A stretch of 64,000 nt of DNA from a virus. The position numbers were made by a program, and so were the translations under genes. The stretch is from the IMG/VR virus record IMGVR_UViG_3300003155_000005, positions 1-64,000 of that record; one strand, 5' to 3'. The notes under the pieces are model-generated. The model did not search any database. It worked only from the letters and a program-made list of their open reading frames with translations, and was not told where the DNA came from. Below, piece after piece: positions 63,529 through 64,000 of this stretch. Every line of letters begins with the position of its first letter. The stretch's first letter is position 1.

Positions 63529-64000
63529 ATGGATAATAACGTTAAACAAAATGATTGGGTTGCTATAAATCTGTTAAATACAGATGTTACAATTGACAAA
63601 TTAGCAGCAGATGGTATAAACTCTTTAAATACAAGTATCCGTCCGAAAGAAGATTATCTTAAATCGGACAAAGTACAAGAGTTTTTTAAAGATGATAGTG
63701 GAAAATTTAATGAGGCTTTATTTGATCAATTTTATACAAAAGCATTACAGGACTATACTAGTTTTTCAGCTTTAGATACAGAAAAGTGGTTAAAAGATAC
63801 ATATGAATATGATGCCTTTGATATAAATAGAGATGCCAAAAGTAATATCAAAAAAGGACCTACTTTTGAAATTAGAAAAGTATCCAATCCTTTTGAAACA
63901 ACTTCATATTTCCATGAGGGAACTGAGGGACCTAGAGCCTTGAGTATTGCTGAGCTTGCACAAAAAAACAAATACTTTGATACAGAGAGTGGAACATGGT
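63529..64000 (+). CDS. hypothetical protein, N-terminal part (continues beyond window end)
   Basis: ATG 63529 (MDNNVKQNDWVAINLLNTDV...) stays open to the end of the window. Confidence 0.55.
   Translation, partial: MDNNVKQNDWVAINLLNTDVTIDKLAADGINSLNTSIRPKEDYLKSDKVQEFFKDDSGKFNEALFDQFYTKALQDYTSFSALDTEKWLKDTYEYDAFDINRDAKSNIKKGPTFEIRKVSNPFETTSYFHEGTEGPRALSIAELAQKNKYFDTESGTW

Noticed and set aside
1065-64000. Alternative reassignment TGA = Gly (code 25) or selenocysteine
   Set aside because: TGA aligns with invariant Trp positions in GH73 (E-S-x-W-G) and DUF192 (F-W-M). TGA is far too frequent for selenocysteine (dozens of sites), and no SECIS-like context was looked for or seen.
1-64000. CRISPR array, rRNA, integrase or attachment sites
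   Set aside because: No regularly spaced direct repeats, no rRNA-like segments and no tyrosine or serine recombinase motifs were found in any merged ORF.

Overview
Positions ~1065-64000 are an AT-rich (~30% GC) tailed-phage genome segment with Crassvirales-like gene content, almost all on the + strand. The order is: a cell-wall hydrolase block with a small paralog family, a short convergent minus-strand cassette, a nuclease and small-gene block, terminase, portal, six tail-fibre genes, a scaffold-like gene, a putative major capsid protein, head/tail structural genes, and very large virion proteins.

The window only reads coherently if TGA encodes Trp (genetic code 4). Every TGA-terminated ORF in the supplied track continues in frame into the next ORF. 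All merged genes end in TAA or TAG. TGA also falls on invariant Trp positions of recognisable domains (GH73 E-S-x-W-G, DUF192 F-W-M-K).

Five of six candidate promoters have both boxes of the Bacteroidota type (TTTG, 19-20 nt spacer, TAnnTTTG), which points to a Bacteroidota host.

The segment is heavily colonised by self-splicing and homing elements:
- Two related group I introns with LAGLIDADG endonucleases split the large terminase.
- A third intron of the same family, carrying a GIY-YIG endonuclease, splits a Gly-rich membrane protein gene.
- An intein splits the zinc motif of an M15 peptidase.
- A second intein with the class 3 W-C-T signature and Gly at position 1 sits in a PD-(D/E)XK nuclease.
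- Two free-standing GIY-YIG genes flank a structural gene.

The most unusual signal is a family of at least six small paralogous genes (1065-8260). Five carry a G7-G9 homopolymer at the same N-terminal Gly-Gly-Gly position, and three of those five are out of frame by exactly one G. This looks like a phage contingency or slippage locus, or else homopolymer miscalls.

The first ~1 kb (~45% GC, minus-strand genes) is compositionally foreign to the rest. No rRNA, tRNA, CRISPR array, integrase or reverse transcriptase was recognised.
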